Shown here: piece after piece, positions 50,118 through 59,976 of the stretch
Layout of the letters: the number at the start of each line of letters is the position of its first letter
Position numbering within the stretch: position 1 is the first letter of the stretch
Assembly (NCBI GenBank): GCA_026416665.1
Contig: JAOAET010000051.1
Location: forward strand, 139,800-203,799
Reading direction: 5' to 3'
Origin: Candidatus Omnitrophota bacterium
GTDB taxonomy: Bacteria > Omnitrophota > Gorgyraeia > Gygaellales > Profunditerraquicolaceae
DNA: 64,000 bases
Position numbers and translations under genes: made by a program
Notes under the pieces: model-generated
Told to the model about the DNA's origin: nothing
The model's database searches: none
Seen by the model: the letters and a program-made list of their open reading frames with translations, nothing else

Positions 50118-50914
50118 TAAGATTTCCCTTCTACAAAAATGGCGCCCCTTTGCTTATAAGGGACTACTTTTACTGGGCAGTCATAAAGATTAGACAAAAC
50201 ATCCTCTCTTAACGCCACTTCCTTAGACGCAGATAAAATAACTCTTCCTTTTTTCATCAGAACTATTTGATTACAACTTTTTGGTAAAAGTGTAAGGTCA
50301 TGGCTAACCAACAAAATGGTAAGCTCTTTTTCGCTTTTTATTTTATCTATTAGCTCAAGAAGCATTGCCTGTGCAGGAAGGTCAAGATTAGCTAGCGGCT
50401 CATCAAGTAATAGTAGTTTTGGTTGTTGGGCAAGAACTCTGGCCAAGGCAACTTTTCGCTGTTCACCTGCTGACAGATAACCGAATGGTCTATTTAACAA
50501 ATGCCTAATACCTACAAGCTCTGCTGCTTCTTCTATTGTCTCTTTGTCTTTTTTAGAAAAATTATGAAATAAAGAACTATGTGCCAGACGACCAAAACTA
50601 ATTACATCCCAAACTAAGAGGGGTATTTGGGGGTCAATACCAACATTTTGTGGGACATAACCCGTATGTTTTCGAATAAACTTTGGTGAATCTCTTAAAT
50701 CTCTCCCCAACACCTTTACCAAACCCGTTCGGATTTGGCAAAGGCCAAGGATACTTGCCAAAAGAGTAGTTTTACCTGCGCCATTAGGACCTGCTATGGT
50801 TACACAGGAATTTGCTAATACACAAAGACTTACCTGATGTAACGCTTGATGGTAACCATATTCTACATTAACACTATCCAGTACAATAACTGCTTCAGAA
50901 GTAGAATAATTCAT
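50117..50914 (-). CDS. znuC: metal (Zn/Mn) ABC transporter ATP-binding protein
   Basis: 265 aa. GPNGAGKTT and LSAGEQRKVALARVL. Confidence 0.7.
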   Translation of the reverse strand: MNYSTSEAVIVLDSVNVEYGYHQALHQVSLCVLANSCVTIAGPNGAGKTTLLASILGLCQIRTGLVKVLGRDLRDSPKFIRKHTGYVPQNVGIDPQIPLLVWDVISFGRLAHSSLFHNFSKKDKETIEEAAELVGIRHLLNRPFGYLSAGEQRKVALARVLAQQPKLLLLDEPLANLDLPAQAMLLELIDKIKSEKELTILLVSHDLTLLPKSCNQIVLMKKGRVILSASKEVALREDVLSNLYDCPVKVVPYKQRGAIFVEGKS

Positions 50915-51765
50915 TTTTGAATTGCTTCAATAAGACTTTGAATATTCTCTTCCAAGGTTCCTAAATATGAAAATTTACCATTTACTTCTTTGGGGAAATT
51001 ACTTAATACGACACGGGGAATACCTACGGAAGAGGAGATGGGATTGACACTGTTAGCTGAGCTCTGAAGATTATCTACTACTATTTTTACTTTTTCTTTT
51101 TTAGCCAAATCTATTAATTGCATCAGTGTCTTAGGAGTAATTTCTTCTGGTCTACCATAACTTGCAACTATTTTGAAACCCAACCAAGCTAACAAATCTT
51201 TCTGCATGTTGTTAACAATTACTTTTGATTCTTGAGGATAATTTTTTCGTAATTTATTCAATAATTGTAGACTTCTGTGTTTAATCAAAGAAATATATCG
51301 CTTACTATTATTTTTAAAAAAATCTGCTTTCTCTGGCCAGTAAGCTGACAAAACTTGGCTGATTTTCTCTGTTGCCTTCAAATACACTTCGGGGACCATC
51401 CAGCTACCTTCTACATCAAGCGCAATAACAGTAGTTAATGCCTTATCTTTTCCAGTTAACGAACGTAGCTTTTCTAATATTGTCTTTTCCTCGAATCTAT
51501 GCCCAATAATCAATGTTGCCTGCTGTAACAATTGTGCCTCTTTTACAGTAAGGTCAAAATGCCCGGGACAACTCTGTGGTGGGATAAGGCAGTGTAGTTT
51601 GACTGAATCGGTTGCAATTTCCTGGACAATACTAGCAATATCCGAAGTAGTTACAACTATGATAGGTTTTGCTTCAACATAACTAATAGATAGACAATTA
51701 GAAACACAAAACAATAGAAATGACTTTTCTATAAAATGCCTTATCTTATCTAACAAATTTACCAT
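50911..51765 (-). CDS. znuA: metal ABC transporter substrate-binding protein (TroA/ZnuA family)
   Basis: 284 aa. IVVTTSDIASIVQEIATDSVKLHCLIPPQSCPGHFD parallels the ZnuA VVTT...SLVQ...LVPP...H.YE pattern. Confidence 0.6.
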   Translation of the reverse strand: MVNLLDKIRHFIEKSFLLFCVSNCLSISYVEAKPIIVVTTSDIASIVQEIATDSVKLHCLIPPQSCPGHFDLTVKEAQLLQQATLIIGHRFEEKTILEKLRSLTGKDKALTTVIALDVEGSWMVPEVYLKATEKISQVLSAYWPEKADFFKNNSKRYISLIKHRSLQLLNKLRKNYPQESKVIVNNMQKDLLAWLGFKIVASYGRPEEITPKTLMQLIDLAKKEKVKIVVDNLQSSANSVNPISSSVGIPRVVLSNFPKEVNGKFSYLGTLEENIQSLIEAIQK

Positions 51766-53558
51766 TTAAAAGTTAATCCTATTTCATAATTACGTTTAGG
51801 TTGCACAAAAACACCTGAGGCACCTGGTATATCAGCATAAATCTTATGTTCTACGTTTAACACATTATTTACCGCCCCAAAAACTTCCCAACCTTCTTTT
51901 ACATTATACACAGTTTTTAGATTAAGTAAGAAAAAATTTGGTATTGCTTGCTGCTTATTATCTGCTGCATAGTATTCATCCACTATTTGTGCCATTACAC
52001 TATTTCTCCAACGCCCTACAGAATTTAAAATAGAGACATCTACTTCATGCTTGGGTCTGCCTTGAGTAAATCTACCTGTGTGTAGCCAGCTGTAGGAAAC
52101 ACGGCCTTGCCAATGCTTGTTAAAGGCATAATTTAAGGAAGATTCGTGTCCTCTAAAACGCACTTTATCTAAGTTTTGAAATTTACCCGCACTTATGCGG
52201 ATAAAATCCCGTGCATGCATAATGAAATAAGTAGTCTCTAAACTAATTTTTTCATTAAAAATATGATTAATACCTACCTCGTAATTCCAAACAGTCTCTT
52301 CTTTTAAATCCGGATTTGCCTGGGTGGCAAATCGCAATTCATTTAATTGTGGGGCACGGAACCCGCGATTAACTACTGCCCGCAGGCTTGTTGTGTCCAA
52401 AACGCGTAGCACTGCACCTGTTTGAGTAGCGATTAATGAACCTGCATATTCATCCTCATTATAGCGTACACCTGCAGTTAAAATTAATCTATCCAAAAAT
52501 CTCTGCTCATCCTGTAGAAAAAAACCATATTCGTCTTTTTCGTATTTACCCAAGGTTACACCTGGTCCATTTAATACTTTACCTCCTTGTTGACGAAACT
52601 CGCCCCCAATAAGCAGTTGGTTTGTTTCTATCAATTTCACCCCATAGTGCATTATGACACCATTGGTATAATCTTTAGAATGGGTTTTGTCAGAAAATCT
52701 ATGTGTCCCAAAGTCCCGGTATAGTTTGCCCAAAATACTTAAATTCTCACCAATTTCACCCTCTAAACTTAAATCATACGAGCCCCGTTCATAATTATTC
52801 CAAGAATAAGCAGGTGAAGGGGCGGGTTCACGTTTGAATCCATCATATGCACGGCTGTTGAATATTAATTTAAGCTCATCATTTAACTGTTGGGCAAGGC
52901 GCAAAGTTAGATTTTTTCTATTAAAATCAGAATTAGGCAGATGCCCACGTGTTTTTAGGGTATCAAAGGTAACAAAATAATCAAATCTATCGTATTTGCC
53001 ACCTTGTTTAAGCAGAACCTCCCAGAGGTCATATGAACCATAAAGAGTTTTTAATTCTCCTTGAAACTCTTTGGTAGGTTTTTCAGTTATAATATTTAAA
53101 ACACCTCCTAATGCATCAGAACCATAAAGCACAGAGGCAGGACCACGAACTACTTCTATACGTTGAACATTATCCAAGGGGAAAGCATCGGTTATCGTGC
53201 AACCATACAGACCCATTTTTTCAGGCTTACCATCTACTAAAACCATAATACGCCTACCACGGCTACCGTGTCCTCGGATAACTACATCTGCCCTGCCAAA
53301 ACCGGTGGTTTTATGTACAAAAACACCTGGTAACCCAGAAAGTAAATCTGTAGCAGAATGGCTCGTTGTTGCCTCTATATCCTTTTTGGTGATAACACTT
53401 ACTGCCAAAGAAGAATCTGATACTGATAGAGAATAACGTGAAGGCGTAACCACAATTTTACCTAAAGAATATTCATCTTCCTGTTGTTGGGCAAAGACCG
53501 TAATACCACTAAATAAAACCACACCCGATAAAGTTACAAGTAACCACTTGCTTTTCAT
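51759..53558 (-). CDS. TonB-dependent outer-membrane receptor
   Basis: 599 aa. Signal peptide. TonB box GKIVVTPSR. Plug plus beta-barrel. C-terminal aromatic residue (..TFKW). Confidence 0.8.
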   Translation of the reverse strand: MKSKWLLVTLSGVVLFSGITVFAQQQEDEYSLGKIVVTPSRYSLSVSDSSLAVSVITKKDIEATTSHSATDLLSGLPGVFVHKTTGFGRADVVIRGHGSRGRRIMVLVDGKPEKMGLYGCTITDAFPLDNVQRIEVVRGPASVLYGSDALGGVLNIITEKPTKEFQGELKTLYGSYDLWEVLLKQGGKYDRFDYFVTFDTLKTRGHLPNSDFNRKNLTLRLAQQLNDELKLIFNSRAYDGFKREPAPSPAYSWNNYERGSYDLSLEGEIGENLSILGKLYRDFGTHRFSDKTHSKDYTNGVIMHYGVKLIETNQLLIGGEFRQQGGKVLNGPGVTLGKYEKDEYGFFLQDEQRFLDRLILTAGVRYNEDEYAGSLIATQTGAVLRVLDTTSLRAVVNRGFRAPQLNELRFATQANPDLKEETVWNYEVGINHIFNEKISLETTYFIMHARDFIRISAGKFQNLDKVRFRGHESSLNYAFNKHWQGRVSYSWLHTGRFTQGRPKHEVDVSILNSVGRWRNSVMAQIVDEYYAADNKQQAIPNFFLLNLKTVYNVKEGWEVFGAVNNVLNVEHKIYADIPGASGVFVQPKRNYEIGLTFKW

Positions 53559-53753
53559 CCTTCCTCCTTTTTAAAAGGGTTTTTAACAAAAAAGAATATA
53601 TTTTTATTACTTTTCTAAATTTCGTGTTACAAATAATAAAAAAAATATAACTTTATGCCAAAAGCTAGATTAAAAATTATATGGGGCAAATAGACCAAAC
53701 ATTGTTTTTCGCGTAGAAAATAAAAGTACTTATTTGTTATTACTTTTTTAAAA

Positions 53754-53782
53754 ATCATAACACAAAATTATTCTCTGTCAAG
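53754..53782 (-). promoter_or_regulatory. candidate sigma70 promoter for the TonB-receptor/znuACB operon, with a long (~185-nt) leader
   Basis: Minus strand: TTGACA (plus 53777-53782), 17 nt, TATGAT (plus 53754-53759). A near-palindromic AT-rich box AATAAGTACTTTTATT lies at about +1 to +30. Confidence 0.4.
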
Positions 53783-53809
53783 TTTTTTAGAGATTCTAGT
53801 AGTAAAAAA

Positions 53810-54397
53810 TCAGAACCTTGCCTGCACAATCTTCCAGTTGATAACATTTAAAAAATTTTCTACATACTTTGCCCGCTCAAGTTGATAATCTATTAGATAA
53901 GCATGTTCAAAAACGTCTAAGACCAGAATAACTTTAGCAGTAACTAAATGTCCTACATCGTGTTCATTAACCCAGACATTAAATAACTGCTTACTCTGAG
54001 AGTCCTGATACAATAACACCCAACCAATACCTCTCATTAATGCAGTAGAGACAAAATCCTTCTTCCATTGTTCAAGACTTGTAAAATCCTCAATTATTTT
54101 CTTAGCTAATTCGCTCTTAGGGTCTAAAGGGTTATTTGCTCCAATATTTTCAAAGTATAACTCATGCAAACGCATACCATTAAATTCCCAACCAAATCGG
54201 CGTTTTAGTTCGGCAAAATCAACAGCCCTATCTTTTCCTTCTTTTTTTAATAAATTTAATTGTTCCAGAATAATATTTGTGTTTTTTACATAACCCTGGT
54301 ATAGTTTGAAATGATTTTCTAATAAGGTATCACTAAAACCTGCTGTGCCTTTTAAGTAAGAAAAATCTTTAGCTTGGTAAACTATGCTCTCACCCAT
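53810..54397 (-). CDS. Fe/Mn-family superoxide dismutase (divergent)
   Basis: 195 aa. N-terminus YQAKDFSYLKG.FSDTLLENHFKLYQGYVKNTN aligns to SOD helix 1. C-terminus DVFEHAYLIDYQLERAKYVENFLNVINW matches DxWEHAYY...NW. Last gene of the hyd operon. Confidence 0.65.
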   Translation of the reverse strand: MGESIVYQAKDFSYLKGTAGFSDTLLENHFKLYQGYVKNTNIILEQLNLLKKEGKDRAVDFAELKRRFGWEFNGMRLHELYFENIGANNPLDPKSELAKKIIEDFTSLEQWKKDFVSTALMRGIGWVLLYQDSQSKQLFNVWVNEHDVGHLVTAKVILVLDVFEHAYLIDYQLERAKYVENFLNVINWKIVQARF

Positions 54398-54437
54398 AGC
54401 GCCTCCTTTTTTAGATACTGTGTATTGGTCTTCAATT

Positions 54438-56237
54438 TTATATTTTTACAGTTTTGTTTAATAAAAAAGGGGTATCTAGTTCATTTCTTTCATGGTAATG
54501 TGTATGTAACAACTGATGAGAAAGTTCAGAAAGAGGTTTACCTAAAAACTCTTGATAAATCTGTTTTATCGCAGGATTCTCATGGGATTTACGAACAGAT
54601 TTACTGCGGTCTTCCTCGTAAATTGCCTCCATTCGTTTTTGTCTTGTCTGTGTATCTGTAGGAATTGGTTGTCCACCACCACCCAAACACCCACCAGGGC
54701 AGGTCATTATTTCAATAAAAGTATAAGGAGATTTACCATTCTGAACCTCCTCTAATAAAACACGGGCATTACTTAAGGAATTCGCTACGGCTACTTTAAG
54801 TAACAATCCATTTAAATCTAACTCGGCAGTTTTTATTCCCTCAAGGCCTCTTACTTGTTTAAATTCAACATCACTAAGTGGCTGATTAGTTAAAACTTCG
54901 TAGGCGGTACGTAGAGCTGCTTCCATTACACCACCTGTTGCTCCAAATACAACCGCCGCACCTGTAGAAATACCAAGAGGCTCGTCAAATTCTTCATCTG
55001 CTAAACGAGTAAAATCAATACCTGCTTCTTTCATCATGCGAGCAGCCTCTCGCGTAGTTAAAACGAAATCCACATCTACAAAATGTTCTTTTTCATCTAA
55101 ATTCATAACATTTTTCCAATACCTGAAGGCTGCATCCATCTCAGGCCTATGTGCCTCAAATTTTTTGGCAGTACAGGGCATTATTGATACAACTACTATT
55201 TTACGTGGGTCAATACCTATTTTTTTTGCATAGTAAGTTTTTGCCACTGCTCCAAACATCTGTTGTGGCGATTTACAACTGGAAATGTGCTTAAGCACTT
55301 TAGGATAGAAATGCTCGGCAAACTTAATCCAACCAGGAGAACAAGAAGTAATCAGCGGTAAAGGTCCTTTATTTTTAATCCGATGAATTAATTCGTGTGC
55401 TTCTTCCATAATAGTAAGGTCAGCAGAAAATTGGGTATCAAATACTTTTTTAAACCCAAGCCTACGTAAAGCAGCAACCATCTTACCCGTTATACGACTT
55501 CCTGCAGCCAACCCAAATTCTTCACCAATAGAAGCCCTTACTGCCGGAGCTGTTTCTACCACTACAAATTTTTGGTTATCTGACAATGCCTTCCAGACCC
55601 CTTGAATATGATAATTCTCAACTAAAGCGCCCGTCGGACAAACCAAAAGACATTGTCCACAATTAACACACGAAGAATTTCCTAACCCTCTATCCATAAA
55701 AGTGCTGATACGCGTGCGTTTACCCCGGTTTATCGCCTCTATAGCCCGCACAGATTGAATTTTTTCACAAACTGCAGTGCATCTACGACAGAGAATACAT
55801 TTATTAGGGTCACGAACAATAGCCGAAGAACTTTGGTCTATGGGTAAAGATATGCTGGTTTCTTTAGAAAACCGCACTCTTTGGATTCCCATCTCAAAAG
55901 CAAGACGGCGCAGTTGGCAATTCTGGTTACGTTCACAGACAAAACAGTCTTGAGGATGGCTTGCCAAAAGTAGTTCTAAGTTTAAAAGGCGCCCTTTACG
56001 TACACGCTCGGTGTTAGTTCGAATTACCATTCCGTCTGTAACTTCTGTGACGCAAGCACGCATTAGCGTCTTTGCTCCTTCCACCTCTACAAGGCAAATA
56101 GAACAAGAGGCTTCTTCGCTTACTCCGTCTAAATAACAGAGATTAGGAATAATAATACCTAACTCTTCACAAGCCTTCAAAATAGTAGTGGCTTTAGCAA
56201 TCTGGTATTCTTGTCCATCAATAGTGATTTTGGGCAT
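54438..56237 (-). CDS. hydA: [FeFe]-hydrogenase catalytic subunit HydA (multimeric/bifurcating type) with a variant L1 motif
   Basis: 599 aa. N-terminal [2Fe-2S] ferredoxin-like domain, then [4Fe-4S] Cys clusters. H-cluster motifs L2 MPCTAKKFE and L3 EIMTCPGGCLGGGGQP are canonical. L1 reads TSCSPGW (from DNA, plus 55336-55350) instead of TSCCPxW. Confidence 0.8.
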   Translation of the reverse strand: MPKITIDGQEYQIAKATTILKACEELGIIIPNLCYLDGVSEEASCSICLVEVEGAKTLMRACVTEVTDGMVIRTNTERVRKGRLLNLELLLASHPQDCFVCERNQNCQLRRLAFEMGIQRVRFSKETSISLPIDQSSSAIVRDPNKCILCRRCTAVCEKIQSVRAIEAINRGKRTRISTFMDRGLGNSSCVNCGQCLLVCPTGALVENYHIQGVWKALSDNQKFVVVETAPAVRASIGEEFGLAAGSRITGKMVAALRRLGFKKVFDTQFSADLTIMEEAHELIHRIKNKGPLPLITSCSPGWIKFAEHFYPKVLKHISSCKSPQQMFGAVAKTYYAKKIGIDPRKIVVVSIMPCTAKKFEAHRPEMDAAFRYWKNVMNLDEKEHFVDVDFVLTTREAARMMKEAGIDFTRLADEEFDEPLGISTGAAVVFGATGGVMEAALRTAYEVLTNQPLSDVEFKQVRGLEGIKTAELDLNGLLLKVAVANSLSNARVLLEEVQNGKSPYTFIEIMTCPGGCLGGGGQPIPTDTQTRQKRMEAIYEEDRSKSVRKSHENPAIKQIYQEFLGKPLSELSHQLLHTHYHERNELDTPFLLNKTVKI

Positions 56238-56280
56238 AGTAGACTCCTTGCAAACTCTTGTTAAACGAAAGAAAAATGAT

Positions 56281-59200
56281 TTACTCAGTTTTTACATCAC
56301 AACGCAAACACCGAAGTGTCTCTAAATGTGCCTGATTTTCTGTCAGTCCCAATGAAATTTCTTTAAAGTTGTTCAACCTTTGGGAAAGTTTTAATCTTTG
56401 CCCTGTTTGTTTCTTAGCAGCAGCTGGTTTAGGGGGAACAGACATAGAATAAGCAAATTTACCTGTTAACAGACAAGACCTGTCCTCATGCATAAGATAA
56501 CGGTCAATGGCAAAAGCAGCTGTTTTGCCGTCAGCCATAGCCTCTACGGCTGTAGCAGGTCCTCTCACTAAATCGCCACCAGCAAATACCTTATCCACTG
56601 TGGTCTTAAGGGTAAAACGATTAACTAATACTGTGCCATCTTTGTTACAAACTAATCCAAACTGACGTAAGAAGTCCGAATCTACTGATTCACCTATCGC
56701 AGTAAGTATTGTATCAGCCTCTATCTCAAAAGTTTCTTCTGTAGGAATAGGTCTTCTTCTTCCTGAGGCATCAAAATCTCCAGGCACCATCTTTTGAACA
56801 AGTAATGCACGCACACAACCTTTGTTATCGGATAGAATTTCTTTAGGGGCTGCATAGAAAACAAATCTAACACCCTCTCGCTGTGCTTCTTTTATCTCAT
56901 CTTCATTAGCAGGCATATCATCGTGGCCCCTGCGATAAACAATAGTAGGTTGAGCGCCAAATCTTAAAGCAGTGCGCGCAGCATCTACTGCAACATTACC
57001 CGCACCTATAATTATTACCTTTCTACCAATATTTGGTTTCTTTTTCTGGGCAACTGCCTCAAGATAACTAACACCGCTGGTAACTCCTTTTAGATTCTCT
57101 CCAGGAATACCTAAAGGTACACTCTTATAAGCACCTGTAGCTAAAAACACTGCATCGTTCTTACTGGCAATAATGCGTAAGGAGTCAGCGTCAACCTTTG
57201 TATTAAACACAAATCTTACCCCTAGTTTTTTAATAAAACTTATTTCTTTGGCAAGAACTTTTTTAGGAAGACGATATTCAGGGATACCATAACGTAAGAT
57301 TCCTCCTGCCTCAGCAAACTTTTCATAAACTGTTACCGAATGGCCCAGACGAATAAGATAAAACGCTGCTGTCAACCCCGCAGGCCCTGCGCCTATAATA
57401 GCAACTTTTTTCTTAGTAGAAGCAGGTTTTTCTGCAAATAACTTTTTAATAATGGTTAATTCCTTTTTCTTTTTATAAATAGTATCTGCTACAAACCTAT
57501 GAACTTCTCCCTGCGATACAGGTTCATCAATATCTTCTCTACGACAACGTAATTTGCAATGGAAGTGACAAATTCTACCTGAAGAAGCAGGAAAAGGATT
57601 GTCTCTGTAAATCAACTCAAATGCCTGGCGTAATTTACCTTCTTTTAACAATGTTAGATAGCCAGGAATATTTATGTGTAAAGGACAAGAATTTTCACAA
57701 GGGGCAAGAAAAAGCTTAAGACATACACCTGCATCACAACGTTTTTCTTCAATATGCTGTTCATACTCCTGACGAAAATACTTTAGAGTTGTTAAAACAG
57801 GATTAGGAGCGGTCTGACCTAATCCACAAAGTGCAGAATCTTTGATACCATTTCCTATCTCCTCTAATAAAACCAAATCTTCCTGCTCAGCTTGACCTGC
57901 AGTAACCTTACGAAGAATATTTAATATCTGATATAAACCTTCCCTACAGGGAGTACACTTACCGCAGGATTCGGACATAACAAATTCGGTAAAGTAGCGC
58001 GCAACATCCACCATACAATTGTCCTGGTCCATAACTACCATTCCACCTGACCCCATTATTGCACCTAGACTATTTAGTGATTCGTAATCTACAGGCGTAT
58101 CAAACAAAGAAACCGGAATACAGCCACCGGAAGGACCACCTGACTGCACTGCCTTTACTTTCTTACGTGTTCCTGTGCCTGCACCAATATTGTAAACTAA
58201 TACTTTTAAAGGCTGGCCCAAAGGAAGTTCCACCAGACCTGTATTTTTAACCTTGCCAACAAGTGAGAATACCTTGGTACCACTTGAGGTAGCAGTTCCT
58301 GTTTGGGTAAACCATTCACCACCTTTAGCTATAATTACTGGAATATTACACCAAGTTTCCACGTTGTTGATGGTGGTTGGCTTATCGTATAGACCTTTCT
58401 GGGCAGGAAATGGTGGACGTAATCTGGGTCTTCCAGATTTTCCTTCAATAGAGGCAATCATAGCTGTTTCTTCTCCACAGACAAAAGCACCCGCACCTTC
58501 AACTAAACGCAGACTAAAAGAAAATTCCGTTCCCAAGATTTTGGAACCCAATATGCCATACTCTTCAGCCTGCTTTATTGCCTGCTTTAGACGCAGAACC
58601 GCTAAAGGATACTCTGCTCTAATATAAATTATTCCTTCTTTTGCACCCATTGCATAAGCGCCAATAATCATACCTTCTATAAGCATATGTGGGTCTGACT
58701 CTATTTCATTACGGTTCATATAGGCACCTGGGTCTCCTTCATCAGCATTACAGATTACATACTTTTGGTCTGAGACTACCTGTTTCATTAATTCCCATTT
58801 TCTGCCAGTAGGAAAACCTGCTCCACCTCTTCCGCGTAGTTTAGATTTCTTCACCTCTTCAATTACTGATTCAGGAGTAAATTTGGTTAATACCTTATAA
58901 AGAGAATAATAACCACCAACAGCAATATATTCTTCGATATCTTCAGGATTAATTAGACCAGCATTGCGCAATACAATCTTCTTTTGCCATTTGAAAAAAT
59001 CAAGCTCGTTCCAAAGAGGAATATGCTCAAGCCCTTGTCCAAATTCTATCTTTTCGGTCAGATGGTCCCATGTATCTATCCTACATAGACACAATCGTTC
59101 CAAAATAGAACCTTTTTTAAGTTCTGAGATTATACGACTAACATCTTTTTCCGATACTTTTTTAAGAATTACCAAGGGCTTACCCGGCAGGTGAATATTA

Positions 59201-59424
59201 ACCAGTGGCTCTTGGGCACAGAAACCAAAGCAACCAGTTTTGGTTATTTGCCAGTTGAGTTTGTTTTTGGCAATAGTTTTCTGAAAAGCTGTGTATACTT
59301 TATCGGCATCATTACCAATACCACAGGTACCCATCCCTATGGCAATACGAATGTTTTGGGAAAGATATTTCTTTAGACCCCGGGCTTTTATTTCTTGTAA
59401 TTGCTCAAGATTAGTTATTTTCAT
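56281..59424 (-). CDS. hydB: fusion of a HydB/NuoF-like flavoprotein subunit with a C-terminal GltD/NfnB-like FAD/NAD(P)H oxidoreductase domain
   Basis: 1047 aa. N-terminal thioredoxin-like [2Fe-2S] domain. NuoF core (GRGGAGFPTGRKW, ESCGKCTPCREG). Ferredoxin-like Cys motifs. Then a GltD-type module (CENSCPLHINIP...; KKVAIIGAGPAGLTAAFYL; VIIIGAGNVAVDAARTALRFGA). Confidence 0.75.
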   Translation of the reverse strand: MKITNLEQLQEIKARGLKKYLSQNIRIAIGMGTCGIGNDADKVYTAFQKTIAKNKLNWQITKTGCFGFCAQEPLVNIHLPGKPLVILKKVSEKDVSRIISELKKGSILERLCLCRIDTWDHLTEKIEFGQGLEHIPLWNELDFFKWQKKIVLRNAGLINPEDIEEYIAVGGYYSLYKVLTKFTPESVIEEVKKSKLRGRGGAGFPTGRKWELMKQVVSDQKYVICNADEGDPGAYMNRNEIESDPHMLIEGMIIGAYAMGAKEGIIYIRAEYPLAVLRLKQAIKQAEEYGILGSKILGTEFSFSLRLVEGAGAFVCGEETAMIASIEGKSGRPRLRPPFPAQKGLYDKPTTINNVETWCNIPVIIAKGGEWFTQTGTATSSGTKVFSLVGKVKNTGLVELPLGQPLKVLVYNIGAGTGTRKKVKAVQSGGPSGGCIPVSLFDTPVDYESLNSLGAIMGSGGMVVMDQDNCMVDVARYFTEFVMSESCGKCTPCREGLYQILNILRKVTAGQAEQEDLVLLEEIGNGIKDSALCGLGQTAPNPVLTTLKYFRQEYEQHIEEKRCDAGVCLKLFLAPCENSCPLHINIPGYLTLLKEGKLRQAFELIYRDNPFPASSGRICHFHCKLRCRREDIDEPVSQGEVHRFVADTIYKKKKELTIIKKLFAEKPASTKKKVAIIGAGPAGLTAAFYLIRLGHSVTVYEKFAEAGGILRYGIPEYRLPKKVLAKEISFIKKLGVRFVFNTKVDADSLRIIASKNDAVFLATGAYKSVPLGIPGENLKGVTSGVSYLEAVAQKKKPNIGRKVIIIGAGNVAVDAARTALRFGAQPTIVYRRGHDDMPANEDEIKEAQREGVRFVFYAAPKEILSDNKGCVRALLVQKMVPGDFDASGRRRPIPTEETFEIEADTILTAIGESVDSDFLRQFGLVCNKDGTVLVNRFTLKTTVDKVFAGGDLVRGPATAVEAMADGKTAAFAIDRYLMHEDRSCLLTGKFAYSMSVPPKPAAAKKQTGQRLKLSQRLNNFKEISLGLTENQAHLETLRCLRCDVKTE

Positions 59425-59951
59425 TTTGCCTTTCCCCTTCTGGCTATTCTTGATACCAGTTCTTTTAATTTGTTTTCTGTCATATGGCTATAAATTACAC
59501 CGTCAATCTCTACTACCGGAGCCAATGCACACTGTCCAAAACATGCCACTGTTTTAATAGTGAACTTTTTATCTGCAGTAGTAAGGAATACTTTTTCTCC
59601 CTCCTGGGATTCCTCTTCTTTTATTCCCAGCATCTTTTTAATAAACTCCAATAGCTCTTTAGAACGGCGGGTATGGCAGGCTGTCCCGCGACAGATAATG
59701 ATGGAATGTTCTCCTTGTGGTTTGAGATTAAAAAATGCATAAAAGGTAACTACACTGTAAATACGAGAAAGAGGAATAGCTGTCTTTTTTGATATATAAG
59801 CAAGAACTTCTTCGGGAAGATATTTATGTTTATTAAGATTCTGAACTTCTTCTAATATGCTTAAAAGTCCTCCGGGTTTTCCAACATACTTATTTATTAC
59901 TGCGTCTACTTTAGCTAAGGAAAATTCTTCTTTCGTAATAGTCTTACCCAT
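59421..59951 (-). CDS. hydC: NuoE/HydC-like [2Fe-2S] thioredoxin-fold subunit
   Basis: 176 aa. CRGTACH...CFGQCALAP. 4-nt overlap with hydB. Confidence 0.75.
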   Translation of the reverse strand: MGKTITKEEFSLAKVDAVINKYVGKPGGLLSILEEVQNLNKHKYLPEEVLAYISKKTAIPLSRIYSVVTFYAFFNLKPQGEHSIIICRGTACHTRRSKELLEFIKKMLGIKEEESQEGEKVFLTTADKKFTIKTVACFGQCALAPVVEIDGVIYSHMTENKLKELVSRIARRGKAK

Positions 59952-59976
59952 ACTTTACCCTTTCAAAATTAAAGTT

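Noticed and set aside
53559-53809. Possible cobalamin riboswitch upstream of the TonB receptor/ABC cluster
   Set aside because: No B12-box (GCCACTG) or other conserved core was found. The transporter is ABC-3/ZnuB-type rather than BtuCD-type.
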